Source: Glycera tridactyla (Eukaryota). From it: DNA of 64,000 nt. The DNA lies in contig OZ286461.1 of the NCBI GenBank assembly GCA_965644265.1, positions 29,822,001 to 29,886,000 on the forward strand, in the 5' to 3' direction. The notes below the pieces were generated by a model. It was not told the origin of the DNA. It was given only the letters and a program-made list of their open reading frames with translations, and made no database searches. The translations under genes were made by a program, and so were the position numbers. Of this stretch, positions 1-11,008 are shown one piece after another; within the stretch, counting starts at the first letter, position 1, and the number at the start of each line of letters is the position of its first letter.

Positions 1-1529
1 AAGAATCCGAAACTGAACATAATCAATTGAGAGAAATCAAAAGAGGAGTCTCATACAGGGAACACATCTAAGATGGCAAATACTTATCTGTAAAATCTGT
101 CAATCCAGTATCCAACTTGTGCAAATAGTGATATGATGGTTTGAATTGCAGATGGTTCACCAAGAATACGTGAAGTGAGATTCGTATGATGTGAACGACA
201 GCCGGACGTGATAATTTATTTCCAAGCAAAGCGACAACCTCTGGATGTCAGCAAAATAACAAATCATCAGCTGATGACAGGAAGAAACACATCACATGGC
301 CAGACATGTCCCCATTAAGAAGACAATAAGCATACCCACAAAAGTGAACGGATAAAAATCATCTCCAGGACTGAGATAAATCCATTAGAGTAACAAAGCC
401 ACAGGCAATGAACACAGGACCACGATGGTTGCTGAAAAATGTGATGAGATGAAATGCTTTTATCAAGCATGCCAAATACTTACGCCGAGCATGAGTGTCA
501 CTCGAATACATGAATATCTTGGATAAAAATTACTCCGAAATTCATAGAAGTTGAGGCTGTGAAACTAATAGCAATAAATTAAAAGTCGTACAGAATATGA
601 GCTCCGTGGGAATGAAAAAAAAACCCAAAGTGTTCAACTATCACATGGCGGGATGATGATGAGTACATGTACTTACCATTCTCCAATTCAAAGATGGACA
701 TTTTTATCATGAAAACTTCAGATTGTACCATGCAGAAGTGATGAGCATCAGATGAAATGATGCTGACTGACAGAACAACAAAAAGTAGATGGCTACAGCT
801 GTAAATCTTGAAAGAAATCCATAACCCCTAAAGCGATTTTACGGATTATTTCAGATGGGCAGGTGAATGAACCTTCCACATGAGATGTTCAAATCTTGGC
901 ATCCAGACATGAAGAGAAAGGATCTCCGCCAAGGTCATGCTGACCGTACAATACACCAAGTATATCTCTCGATACATTAAAACCTGCTGACGACCACCTC
1001 TATACAAAGACCACATGCCCACAAAGGCCACTTTGTGAAGATACACAGGGTGGACATCATATGAAGGTTTCACTTGTAGATGCAATCTATTTCCTAGCAG
1101 AGAGAAAGCAAGCACTATTCAGGTTCAATGGATGCTAAAGTCCTCCGGCATCTCGACATGCATGGTAAAAAACACACCGAAGTCCTGATAAGTTCCTGCA
1201 AAGCTATGAACAGAAGAAATATGGTCATGACCAATAATGACGACAAAGAGACATGATACTCACCCAAGTATGATTGTACCTTACCAGGAACAGCATCGTC
1301 ACTGTAAATATTACATGTGTACTATCCACTTTTTCAAAATGTGCATCTTGTGTACAGGGTATCGTATGAAGCTTTAGTCAGTTGACATGAAATCTGCAGT
1401 AGTCCATCCAAGGAATTTATATACAGCTTATGAAGAAAACCGCAGTTGTCCAGCGGACAGGTTTATCATGAAATTTACTTGTCTCCCGTGGATCGACTGT
1501 AAGATTGTCTAATTGCCTGAAAATATCCA

Positions 1530-1596
1530 ATGAGCAAGCTCCTTGAATTTATCAAAACTTGGCCCAAGTTTTAATAAATTTAAGGAGCTTGCTCAT
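1530..1596. repeat. 67-bp near-perfect palindrome
   Basis: 33-bp arms ATGAGCAAGCTCCTTGAATTTATCAAAACTTGG and its reverse complement, 2 mismatches, 1-nt loop. Confidence 0.9.
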
Positions 1597-1634
1597 CGCA
1601 GGTTCCACTATATAAAGCAGGGTGGTGATTGTTT

Positions 1635-1855
1635 CAGGGCTTGACGTTAAGGGTTGCCCTATTGCCCGGGGCAAGTAAAATTTATGTTTGGGCAAGGGAA
1701 TTACCATGACTACTTGCCCAAAGGGCAAGTCCATCTCAGGAATATCTGTATTCATCAAACAAGTGGGGCAAGTACATTTATTATTTGGGCAAGCTTATCT
1801 CAATGAGTACTTGCCCAAAGGGCAAGTGAGCTAAAAACCTAAGCGTCGAGCCCTG
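1635..1855. mobile_element. MITE with CAGGGC termini and 5-bp TSD (hAT5-like)
   Basis: TIRs CAGGGCTTGACG / CGTCGAGCCCTG; TGTTT on both flanks; internal CTTGCCCAAAGGGCAAG palindromes. Confidence 0.75.
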
Positions 1856-1892
1856 TGTTTTCAAAAATCTCCATCGACCTGAAGAAGCTAAC

Positions 1893-2043
1893 CGGTGTAA
1901 AATTGGATAGACTCCAGGTCCAGCTTAATTTGTGAGTGACATTCATGGCATTCTCCCAGACCATGAAGGTGAACTGAGTGGGCTTTTACTGGGCTGAAGA
2001 TGGTATTCTGTGTGTTCAGGGTCCTTTCCAGTTCATGGGGTCT
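1893..2043 (-). CDS. Candidate second coding exon of the same gene (RPHELERT...ESIQFYT)
   Basis: Pyrimidine-rich acceptor TTCCCAG after a 66-nt intron; the only open frame is phase 0, matching exon 1; weak donor G|GTTAGC (alternatively runs to TAG at 1888). Confidence 0.35.
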
Positions 2044-2109
2044 CTGGGAACCAATGAAGAAACAAAATGTGAGGAATGGACAGGAAGACAAAGATTTCCG
2101 GAGCTTTAC

Positions 2110-2247
2110 CTGCTGTGCAGCCTCTTTGATACTTGCTCTGGTGGCCCGTGTGGCTCTCTGTTTCGGCTGTGGATGACTGCTCTCTTCCGTCTCAGGCTCT
2201 TTCTTCTCTGCCGCCTTTCCTCGCAAACCACGGCGTTTTGGTGGCAT
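2110..2247 (-). CDS. First coding exon of an unidentified gene (basic N-terminus MPPKRRGLRGKAAEKKEPETEESSHPQPKQRATRATRASIKEAAQQ)
   Basis: ATG preceded by AAAA; upstream acceptor ATTTTCAG opening the exon at 2272; donor CAG|GTAAAG after 46 codons (phase 0); K/R/E-rich NLS-like composition. Product not recognised. Confidence 0.55.
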
Positions 2248-3538
2248 TTTTGCAAGGGAAGTGAGCCACGATCTGAAAATTCCAAAAATGTAACATGATT
2301 ACCATCATCTGCCCTCGGAGTCCCTCAGTCCACTACCCAATCCTACATTGCAAATTAGATGCCTATAATTGTAAATGTTTCTGAATTGCTTAGTTTGTAA
2401 AAGCCTGCAATGAGAACTCATTTGAGACAGATGATCAATAGTCCCATAGATATTAAATTTTGAACAACAAAAATATTAGCAGTGCCAATTTCAAAGAGTA
2501 ACAATACTGGTCCATATTTGCAATGGAACGATGATAAAATACTTGATTTTGCAGGGTACATATAGCATCACTCATAAAATGGAAGAATCTTTGTTAAAAA
2601 AAAGGGTGATTGCTACTCCAAAATCAAAGTGGTTGGCATCTTTGCAGTAGTTTTGGTAAAAAGAGTCAAATTTGGAGTATTTTGAGTTCAATCATTCTTT
2701 CCATGGTTCCCATAGAAACGCTATTTTCATTTTCCATGGTTCCCATGGAAACGCTATTCTCATTCACAAACGAGTGATCCCTGAACAAAAGCATAGGATG
2801 GATGATGCAAGTACAACTACATTGTTCATCAATATAATGTACCTAGATCATCACTGTTTCGCTCAATTGCCTGTGTATCAGCATTAAAGGACAGGTCAAG
2901 CTGTCACTGGCTTGTTACCCATGGAAACAGAATACCCACTATGTAAGCCGTGAATATGACATTCTTTTTCACCACATATGAGTGTGGATTAGCAACACTG
3001 ATTGTTGGAACGATAAATTGCCAGAGGAGAATCGTTTGTGATACTTTTCCACCCAAGAAGGCAATTTCTGCCCATTTTCACCCATTTCCAACTGTCACCA
3101 TGGAAACAGTGAATCTTTTACAACAAAAATTATTCCCATCAGAGACTGTACATAACATAGGAACAGACATGTTACTGTATATATATGACATGTACCTGAT
3201 GAATCTGAACCAAATTATTGATGATCTGAGGTATTCTTCATTTTTCTCAAATTTCAGTTACTGGTTGCCATGGAAACTAGGGTTTCTCAGGTTGCCCTTG
3301 GTTTTGATCCAAATGGATGTCAGTTCCAGATGCCCAGCATCACATCGAATATTTTGATAAGCAGCAACAAATGTGTGTAACCCCGAAAAAGTCTCCTTTT
3401 TCCAAATTACCGCTCCACTTACAAGCTTTCAACTTTACTAAAACCTGTGGAGATGCTCGCGACATTCGCTACTCGCCCCACAGTCGCTGGAGAAGGGATA
3501 TCACGTGAAATTTGACATGCGAGTTGCGAGTCAAATTT

Positions 3539-3541
<3 letters not shown>

Positions 3542-3587
<46 letters not shown>

Positions 3588-3602
3588 AGGTGTGTGTGTG
3601 TG
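3542..3602. repeat. (GT)n microsatellite (others at 7334-7384 and 7580-7633)
   Basis: Direct reading of the sequence. Confidence 0.95.
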
Positions 3603-4213
3603 TGTTACGCGCCATCGACCGATCTGCGCGATCGGCCGATAATGCTGCGCCGATGATAGATCGATCGTTGGCGCCATGATCGATCAATTGTGCAACAATC
3701 GATGGATGGCAAGGCAATTGACAGATTTCATTCGCTATATACATTGAGGAATCAAGAAAACAAAATTCCCCATCGACTGTATGTACTACATCTTGATTTC
3801 AATGTATTTATGTCGTTAAATCTTGGCAGAAAGTCGACGATATTGGATGTAAACAATCGCCGCCATCTTGTTTTTTCACTCACTGATCTCTCACTTTGAT
3901 GCTGGATATTTCAGCATCGGCTTAATATACATCAAAAGCGAATAGGAGGTTTTGATTGCAAGAGTCATAAGAGTATTCGATCGAAGTTTCATAATTTTTC
4001 AATGGGTTTATCACCTCCAAATACGAGGGCAAAGTCACGATTTACGGCAAACTTTCTTCATACGTCTACGAAATCTCCTCCACAGCCATCGATAGCACAG
4101 CGCTATCGACTGATTGCTGCGCCAACATCGATCGGTCGTTGGCGCAGGAATCGGTCGATAGCGCTGGACCAGCGCTATCAGGTGATGCGCAGGTCCGTCG
4201 ATGGCGGGTAACA
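3603..4213. mobile_element. Non-autonomous DNA transposon, Ginger-like
   Basis: TIRs TGTTACGCGCCATCGA / TCGATGGCGGGTAACA; TGT...ACA termini; TGTG on both sides; CpG/ATCGAT-rich subterminal regions; adjoins a (GT)n tract. Confidence 0.75.
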
Positions 4214-7200
4214 TGTGCACTACATTTTGTGTGCTTGCCCTCCTGGTATGTTCAGGCGCCTCCCTCTCCTATTAGAGTATAGGTAGCGATGCTAAACCAC
4301 CTAGGTGGCGCTGCAGTCGGTGCTAGCACAAGGTGTGCAAAAAGCTGACCCCACTAAGACAGCCTCTGTGTTACGGCCCATTTGGCCCATTTAATCAATT
4401 CAATTGTGAGATATTAAGATTGGGATGAAGGGCTCATGTCCTGGGGTAGGTGTAATGCACAGTGAGAAGTTTCTCAGATGAGTCAACTTTTTTCGAGACC
4501 AATTTTTGTACAAAAAATCATCAGCAAGTGGAGTTAACAATCCATTACACCCTTCTATCATATATCATTATCTTCAGAATATTGTTTAGATTATGACTAT
4601 TGGGGATATTGGTTGGTAATCCCCGGTCATGGGTGATTCTGAGGCAGATTTCAATGATAGGTTTTCAGAAAAATGGCTAAATTGACCACCTTTATGGATG
4701 CATTCCCTCACATCTCACCAGTGTTTACTTCACAGTTGTGCATTTTTTTCACCACCAATCACTTTCATAAACCCAATCATCTTTCTGACAAGTTTGCAGT
4801 GTGAAATTTTGAGACATCAATCATTTTTGGTAGATTTTTTATTGAACGCCATGAAGCTCCGATAACGACAGGAAAGAGGTTTGGATAAAAGACTGAATCT
4901 TCCCCATATGCAAGGCTGATTGAAACTGTATTCCATTATGCATATTCAATGAAGATGGTAGTAATCATACAGAGATATTCCTAGAGGAAATTGCATGTGC
5001 TCATAAGGCACATACCAGAGACTTCATGTGCCCAAAGCTAACATTGCATCCCAAGGAAGAAGCTCAATAATCACATTCTGTTGACTGAAAAAGAACTTCT
5101 GATCGGTGAAGAGCAAAGTTCTCTTCAATGAACTATGATATGTGACGTCTGAAATGCATCCAAGAATTCAATACAAACTGGGCTCACCCCTTTATGATAT
5201 GTGTGTTTATTTGGTGTGCCCAGAAGACATAGGCCAAACCTAGGAAAATCCCTGATTTGGGCTTCCTTCATAACATGTGTGTTTATTTGATGTGCCTGGA
5301 AGACAGACACATCTTGGGACAATCTCTGATTAGCACTGCTTTGAAAGGATAGTTGGTGTTGGTGGAAATATTGAAATGAGGAATTACTGGTAAGATTACG
5401 GTAATGCACTAGACAGTATTTATCATATGATGGTAGGTGTTTAAGTATCAGATATCCATGGTCATCAAGCAATGATATATGATATACATTGGTATTCCCG
5501 GCTATTTTCCTGCAGGATGAAAAGATATTTAAGTCATCTGCCCACCTCAATTATTCACCAGCCTTTTCATAACTACATAGTCAGTTGGTATGGCTTAAGT
5601 AAATTCTCATTTCACCTGCCCACATGGAAATTGATCTGCCCTGAGTAGGTGGATGGCTATTTTTCCCTACCATGTTCTATTCTCAAAGGAAAGCAAAATA
5701 ATTGAGTATATAATTCCACCATGACCTCATTAATGGGATTGAATACAGTTTAATGACATATATTCTCAAAACGGATTTCTCCACCTTATATCTATACAAT
5801 TAGACATTCGCGCCATTTTAGAGGCTCACTCTTACTCTTCGTGGTCATTATAAGACATTTGCAGGGTACATTTCAATGTTTGCAAACTTTCATCAACACC
5901 TATAGATCGTGTATGGGCAGGTTTGACAATTTCTTTTAGGTAATTGCATGAGTAGCAGGGTGGGGTCAGATTTTTGATATTTTCATGTAAACTACCCTTA
6001 AAAACGCCATTTTTTTGTCATTTGAAATCTGCCTATAAAAAAACCAAATCAGCCAATATCCTCATGGAAATATTCTTCTTCTCTATTCTGAATCATGCAA
6101 ATGTCTGAAAAAATACTTTGAGGCGAGTATCTTTACCTGGAAAAAATCATGTAGCATAGCTAGTATAGGGAGGGCTTTGCATTCGTACATGCTATCCCGT
6201 TTCCAGCGACTGGTGACTCGTCCCCCCCCCCCGCGGAATTTTCACAGCCCCCCCCCCCCCCACCACCGTCTCAAACGACTCGACTGCCTCCGACTGGCAA
6301 GCTGAGAGCTGAGTTTCTCCATCTTCATCAAGCGCATGGTAGTTTTCTCTGCTCCCACCCAGAGCACTGGAAAATATTACCTGTGATGCACCCTTCACAT
6401 GCAAATAACGAGGACTAAGACTGCCGTTTAAGTGTATTATCTCAGTAATCTGTCCACTAGCTACACACGATCGCCTCACATTTCGGTAAGTTCCGGCGAG
6501 CTCCGTCTGCGAATTCCGCCACCTAGCGACATTATGTCGAACTTTGATGGTTGTTGGCGTGGCTAGCCTGTGCTTTCGAGTGCCTCAGCCCTAAGGCACA
6601 TGAATGGCACGGGACGGCCTATATTGTATTCGCTATTCTGTCTCTTTTTTTCGCTCACCTCTTGGACATCTCTTTTATCTTTATATACAGCACTGGACCA
6701 GAATCTACCCAGTTAGGGAACAGTGCTGGCACTATCATGGCTCCATTATAGCATGCTTCTTGCAGACAGCGCTGGGCCAGATTCAAACCAATGTGCACAG
6801 TGGCGCTGGGCCAGTGCTGGCATACTGAATGGTCCCAATTCTGGTGTTAAGTGTTTGCCAGCATTGGCCCATTGCTGGCCCAATTTCATTGATCAACAGA
6901 GTTGATGGGGTTAATGCTGAAGAGTCCCAGTGGGACCCCCCCCCCCCAGTCATACCCTTTAAACCTCAGCCCAATGCAGTTGAGGTGGTTACCCTGGTGT
7001 TGGCATCATCATCAATGTCAGAGTAGGCATCCCCATCTGGGTTAATGTCATGTTGAAGTCCTGTTGATGTTATGTTAAAGTCATTTTGCTCAGCAGAAGG
7101 AGCCAAACATGTACGAGATCTTCTAACAAGCCCTAATGATTTTTTTATGCAGAGCGCATCACTCAAAACTAGTTTCGTTTCAGTCAGTGTGCCTATCCCT

Positions 7201-7330
7201 AGCCCATCATACACAGCTCAGATGCATATGTCATGCAATTTCTAGTACTGACATCCATGTATTGGTTCAGCTCTTGAAAAAGAGGAACACCTGTCAATGC
7301 CATTGGTTCTACACGGAAACGTATGTAGTA

Positions 7331-7387
<57 letters not shown>

Positions 7388-7389
7388 GT

Positions 7390-7485
7390 GGATCCACCGT
7401 GGTGTAGAGGACAAGAGCGCTGGCAGTTTGTTGCTGGCGAGGGTGCCAAACTGGAAGGTTGATGGTTCAAATCCCATACAAGCCA
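7390..7485 (+). mobile_element. tRNA-derived SINE head
   Basis: A-box-like TGGTGTAGAGG (7400) and B-box GGTTCAAATCC (7464); no intact cloverleaf. Confidence 0.45.
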
Positions 7486-7578
7486 AAAAATAATTGGGGC
7501 ACTGGGAAACACATTTCATGGACCTGTTGCCAGTACAATCTGGAAATATGTCTCTGACATGATTTCTATCACTAAAAA

Positions 7579-7635
<57 letters not shown>

Positions 7636-8699
7636 TGTGATTTGAACTTATGTAGAAAGTGGGCAATAACGAAAATGCAGTCTGACACCAACTGAATAAA
7701 TGAAGTCCTCCCATCTTCCCTGAGCTGAGATAGGCGAGTTCAGGTCAATTTCCGTTCTATTATTGCAGGTGCAACTGTTTGTATTCCCACTGTATTCACA
7801 AACACACAGAAATCATAATGGGAATACCAATCATGGACGATGTCCTGTCTGAGAAAATGAAGCTGATGGACATAACGAATCTGTCGTAGCTTTTGTAGCT
7901 GTTTGTTTGGCTGTTCACCCCTACTGGGTCAGTAAAAATGAGATGTCATCGTCGTCGTCCTCGCCTTTGTCGTCGTCGTCATCTACAATGAAATCAGCCA
8001 GCTGCTTTAGGGTTGCATCCAGGATTCCTGAAATTCAGCCCCCCCCCCCCCGCAAGTTTGAGACACAGCATTTTACAGTCGAAATGTATTCTTGCAATAT
8101 TTCATATGATATGAAGTTCGTGCCACTGTCTTGCTGATTCGGGGGCAATGTGGACCTTATAATTGCCTTGAAGACGGGAAAATGCAACTTAAGAGGCGTG
8201 AAGATGTATCTCATCTTGTTGAATGTTTGTACAAATATTGATTAATCATTATAATCCCTCTCAGACCGATGTCACGTACATTAAAAATCCCAATGAAATA
8301 TCAACACCGAGAACATTTGTCTGGCAGTAGGCTACATGTCTTGGTGATATTTTCATGAAGATTTCGCCCCCAAGAATCATGTGGGAAGAGTATGTGTCGA
8401 AGATGACAGTGAACCGAATAAAATCAGCGAATTGCTCACTAAGATGTTGTTGCTCCAACTGGGATCTCGAAGATGAATAAAGTAATATCTATCTGTGTAG
8501 ATAGTAGAATCATCGTGTCTGGTGTCATGCTCCTAGCCATATTTACAAGACAGTTTGGAGATTTCATCCACTATATCTACCGAGAGCAACAAGCAGTTTT
8601 AACGACATGAACATCATCTTCAGAATTCTTGTGTTAGGTCAATCCACTCGAGAGGCGAGAAAGTATTGATTTCACATATGTTCTGGAATGAATATGTTA

Positions 8700-9210
8700 A
8701 GGGATGAAAGACTGACTGATTAATTGACTGAATAACTGACGTAATTCATAAACCAGAAAGCTACCTGTTATGTTACCTGTTGACTGACAAATCTTGCGGT
8801 GACGCAGCATTCAGAGTTCACCACTCCATCAGCCCATTTCACATGAATGAAATAGCTGACTGACTGGCTGATTGAATAAGATAACTGACCGACTGAATAA
8901 AATGATTGACTGACTGACTAACAGAACAGAGGTCTTACTGGTTTGCTGAGTGCCTGACTGACTGACTGAGTTCGACTAAATGACTGGTTAAATGGTCGAC
9001 AGACTACATGATTGATTGGCTGAATGAATGACGGTCTGGCTGATTTACTGACTGATGATTGACTGGCTGACTGACTGAATGCCATGCACCATACAACCCA
9101 TAAATGAATGATTGAATGGCAGACTGACTAACCGACTGTTTGAATGACTGACTGACTGACTGTCTTAATGACTGAATGGGTGGATAAATAATCAAATAAA
9201 CTACTGAATG
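8700..9210. repeat. Degenerate (GACT)n/(GAAT)n simple repeat
   Basis: Direct reading of the sequence. Confidence 0.85.
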
Positions 9211-9579
9211 GTTGACATACTGATATTTTACTGCAAGTTCAGGGGCAAAATAATGTAAAGCTTGCTTGAAGTTGATAGGACATAACTGACCAAATCGGCT
9301 CAGTATTTTCTGGAAACGAAATATTTCCTTGTCTCAAATACTTCACTTGTGCTTTGCCATCTGGCTCAGTTATTAGTACAACGTCAGATGAGGGTAGCAG
9401 GTCCTGCATCGATTTTCACATCGACCAAAGTCGGGGACTATATAGTGGACAGCATAGCAACTTTCGTCGTCGGCATAGTCGACGTGACCATGTGGATGAT
9501 GGTTGTGGTGTTGGTGATCGTGTCGTAGCGGTGGTCATCATCAACGCCATTGTTGTTGCTGAGGCAGGTGGTTGGTTGT

Positions 9580-9810
9580 TTAGTTCTGCTTCAACGTCAC
9601 CTCAAGTCCATCTGTGTTATATTGCGACGCCTGTGTTTAGTTCTGTGTTATAGTGTGACGCCCATTTTCAGTTCTGCTACAACGTCACATCAGGTCCATC
9701 TGTGTTATATTGTGACACCCATGGTTAGCTCTGTGTTATATTGTGACGCCCATTTTTAGTTCTGCTACAACGTCACATCAGGTCCATCTGTGTTATATTG
9801 TGACGCCTAT
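9580..9810 (+). repeat. 88-bp tandem repeat (about 2.6 copies) running into a dispersed repeat (family D)
   Basis: CAACGTCAC recurs at 9592, 9680 and 9768; the unit contains TATTGTGACGCCCAT, also seen at about 11490 and, reversed, about 50060. Confidence 0.8.
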
Positions 9811-9900
9811 GCGATGGGCATGGGTGGGATCATTCAAGACTCCTCATTACGAATCTGAACGGGAGATGTACATTTATGAAATTCACAGACACTCAAGGTG
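9800..9900 (+). mobile_element. Dispersed SINE-like family D (other copies near 11480-11560, 12440-12500, 27540-27640, 28120-28180, 31080-31200, 35340-35390, 39280-39370, 49970-50170, 57380-57430)
   Basis: Shared motifs GACGCCCATG...GGATCATTCAAGACTCCTCC and TTTATGAAATTCACAGACAC in both orientations. Confidence 0.6.
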
Positions 9901-10236
9901 TCATTTCTTTTATACATGGTAGTTCTGGTGGAGGTGGTAGTGGTGCTCGTAGGGAAAAGGATAGGTCTTCAATCTCCTCTCCGTGGTAGTTTTAGTGATG
10001 GTTGCGATAGTCATGACAATGAGCAGCTTGGAGGTTGTGGTGGTGGTGGTGGTGGGGGGGGGGGGGGGGGGGGTGATAATGGTCATATTGGCCAAGATGA
10101 TGATGCTTGTATCGGTTGTGTTAGTGGTAATTGAATGGTGATGGTGCTGGTAATGGTAATGGTGGTTGGCAACAAGATCATCCCATAACTTTTGCGGTCA
10201 TGATAAGGGTGGCGATGATGGTGGTGATGGTGATCG

Positions 10237-10644
10237 TTTGTTTGTTTGAGGTATAACGGCATGTATCAACACTAGGGTTATGTATGCCATGTGTTATTGG
10301 TCAATGAAAGCTAGATGTTTCCTTTGCAGACATCACTCTCACAAACCCTGAACACAAGATGATGGGGACCTGAAAGGTTGTCAAGTGGAAGTAGCTGACA
10401 GTTCAGACACACATCTAATTACACGTCATTAACATAATGAACCTGATGATGGCACATCTAACTATGTAACTGACAGGAAGCTAACGCTCAAGCCTGATAG
10501 CTATGCTTTTTTCAAAGCTCAGTACTTGAAACAAGGAAAAGCGTTAGATTCGGAGAATAATCAACCAATGTATTCAATTACGAACTGTCATCTTCAAACC
10601 AGCTTTACAATAATGGGTGCCCTATGCTCGCAGTACAATGCCAT
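10237..10644 (-). mobile_element. Retroposon family A copy, ending in a (CAAA)n 3' tail
   Basis: Core GGGGA(A)CCTGAAAGGTTGTCAAGTGGAAGTAGCTGAC shared with 7 or more other copies in the window. Confidence 0.8.
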
Positions 10645-10820
10645 GGTGGTGGTGATGATGGTGATGGTCTTGGTGGTGTAACCATGGGTCCTCATCATCA
10701 TCCCGGCAGTCTTGAGGATTTATGTGGTGATAGAAGCATGTAGGTGATGATGATTATCGTCGTCGTCGTCATTGTTGTTGTTGTTGTGGTGGTGGTGCTC
10801 GTGGTGGTGGTAGTGGTGGT

Positions 10821-11008
10821 TTGTTTGTTTGTTTGTGCTTGGGTTATATCGGACTGAAAAACTGAAAATGCTGAAGAAAAGAGTCACTGCCTGCCGGGGG
10901 CCATCCCTACTCTTTGTGAAAGACAGCAGTGGATCTTTAACGTGCGTAAAGGAAAAGGCTCCTAAATACACGGCCGGCCTTTGATATCCCAGTCGGCATG
11001 CACTGGGG
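10821..11008 (-). mobile_element. SINE family B copy with (CAAA)n tail (also about 41935-42040, and split at 52560-52717 + 53631-53725)
   Basis: Shared CACAAAGAGTAGGGAT(G/T)GCCCCCGGCAG...TTCTTCAGCATTTTC...ATATAACCCAA and GATATCAAAGGCCGGCC motifs. Confidence 0.7.

Noticed and set aside
1125-1195. Selenocysteine read-through at the TGA after SIH
   Set aside because: Another TGA follows two codons later, and no SECIS could be identified.
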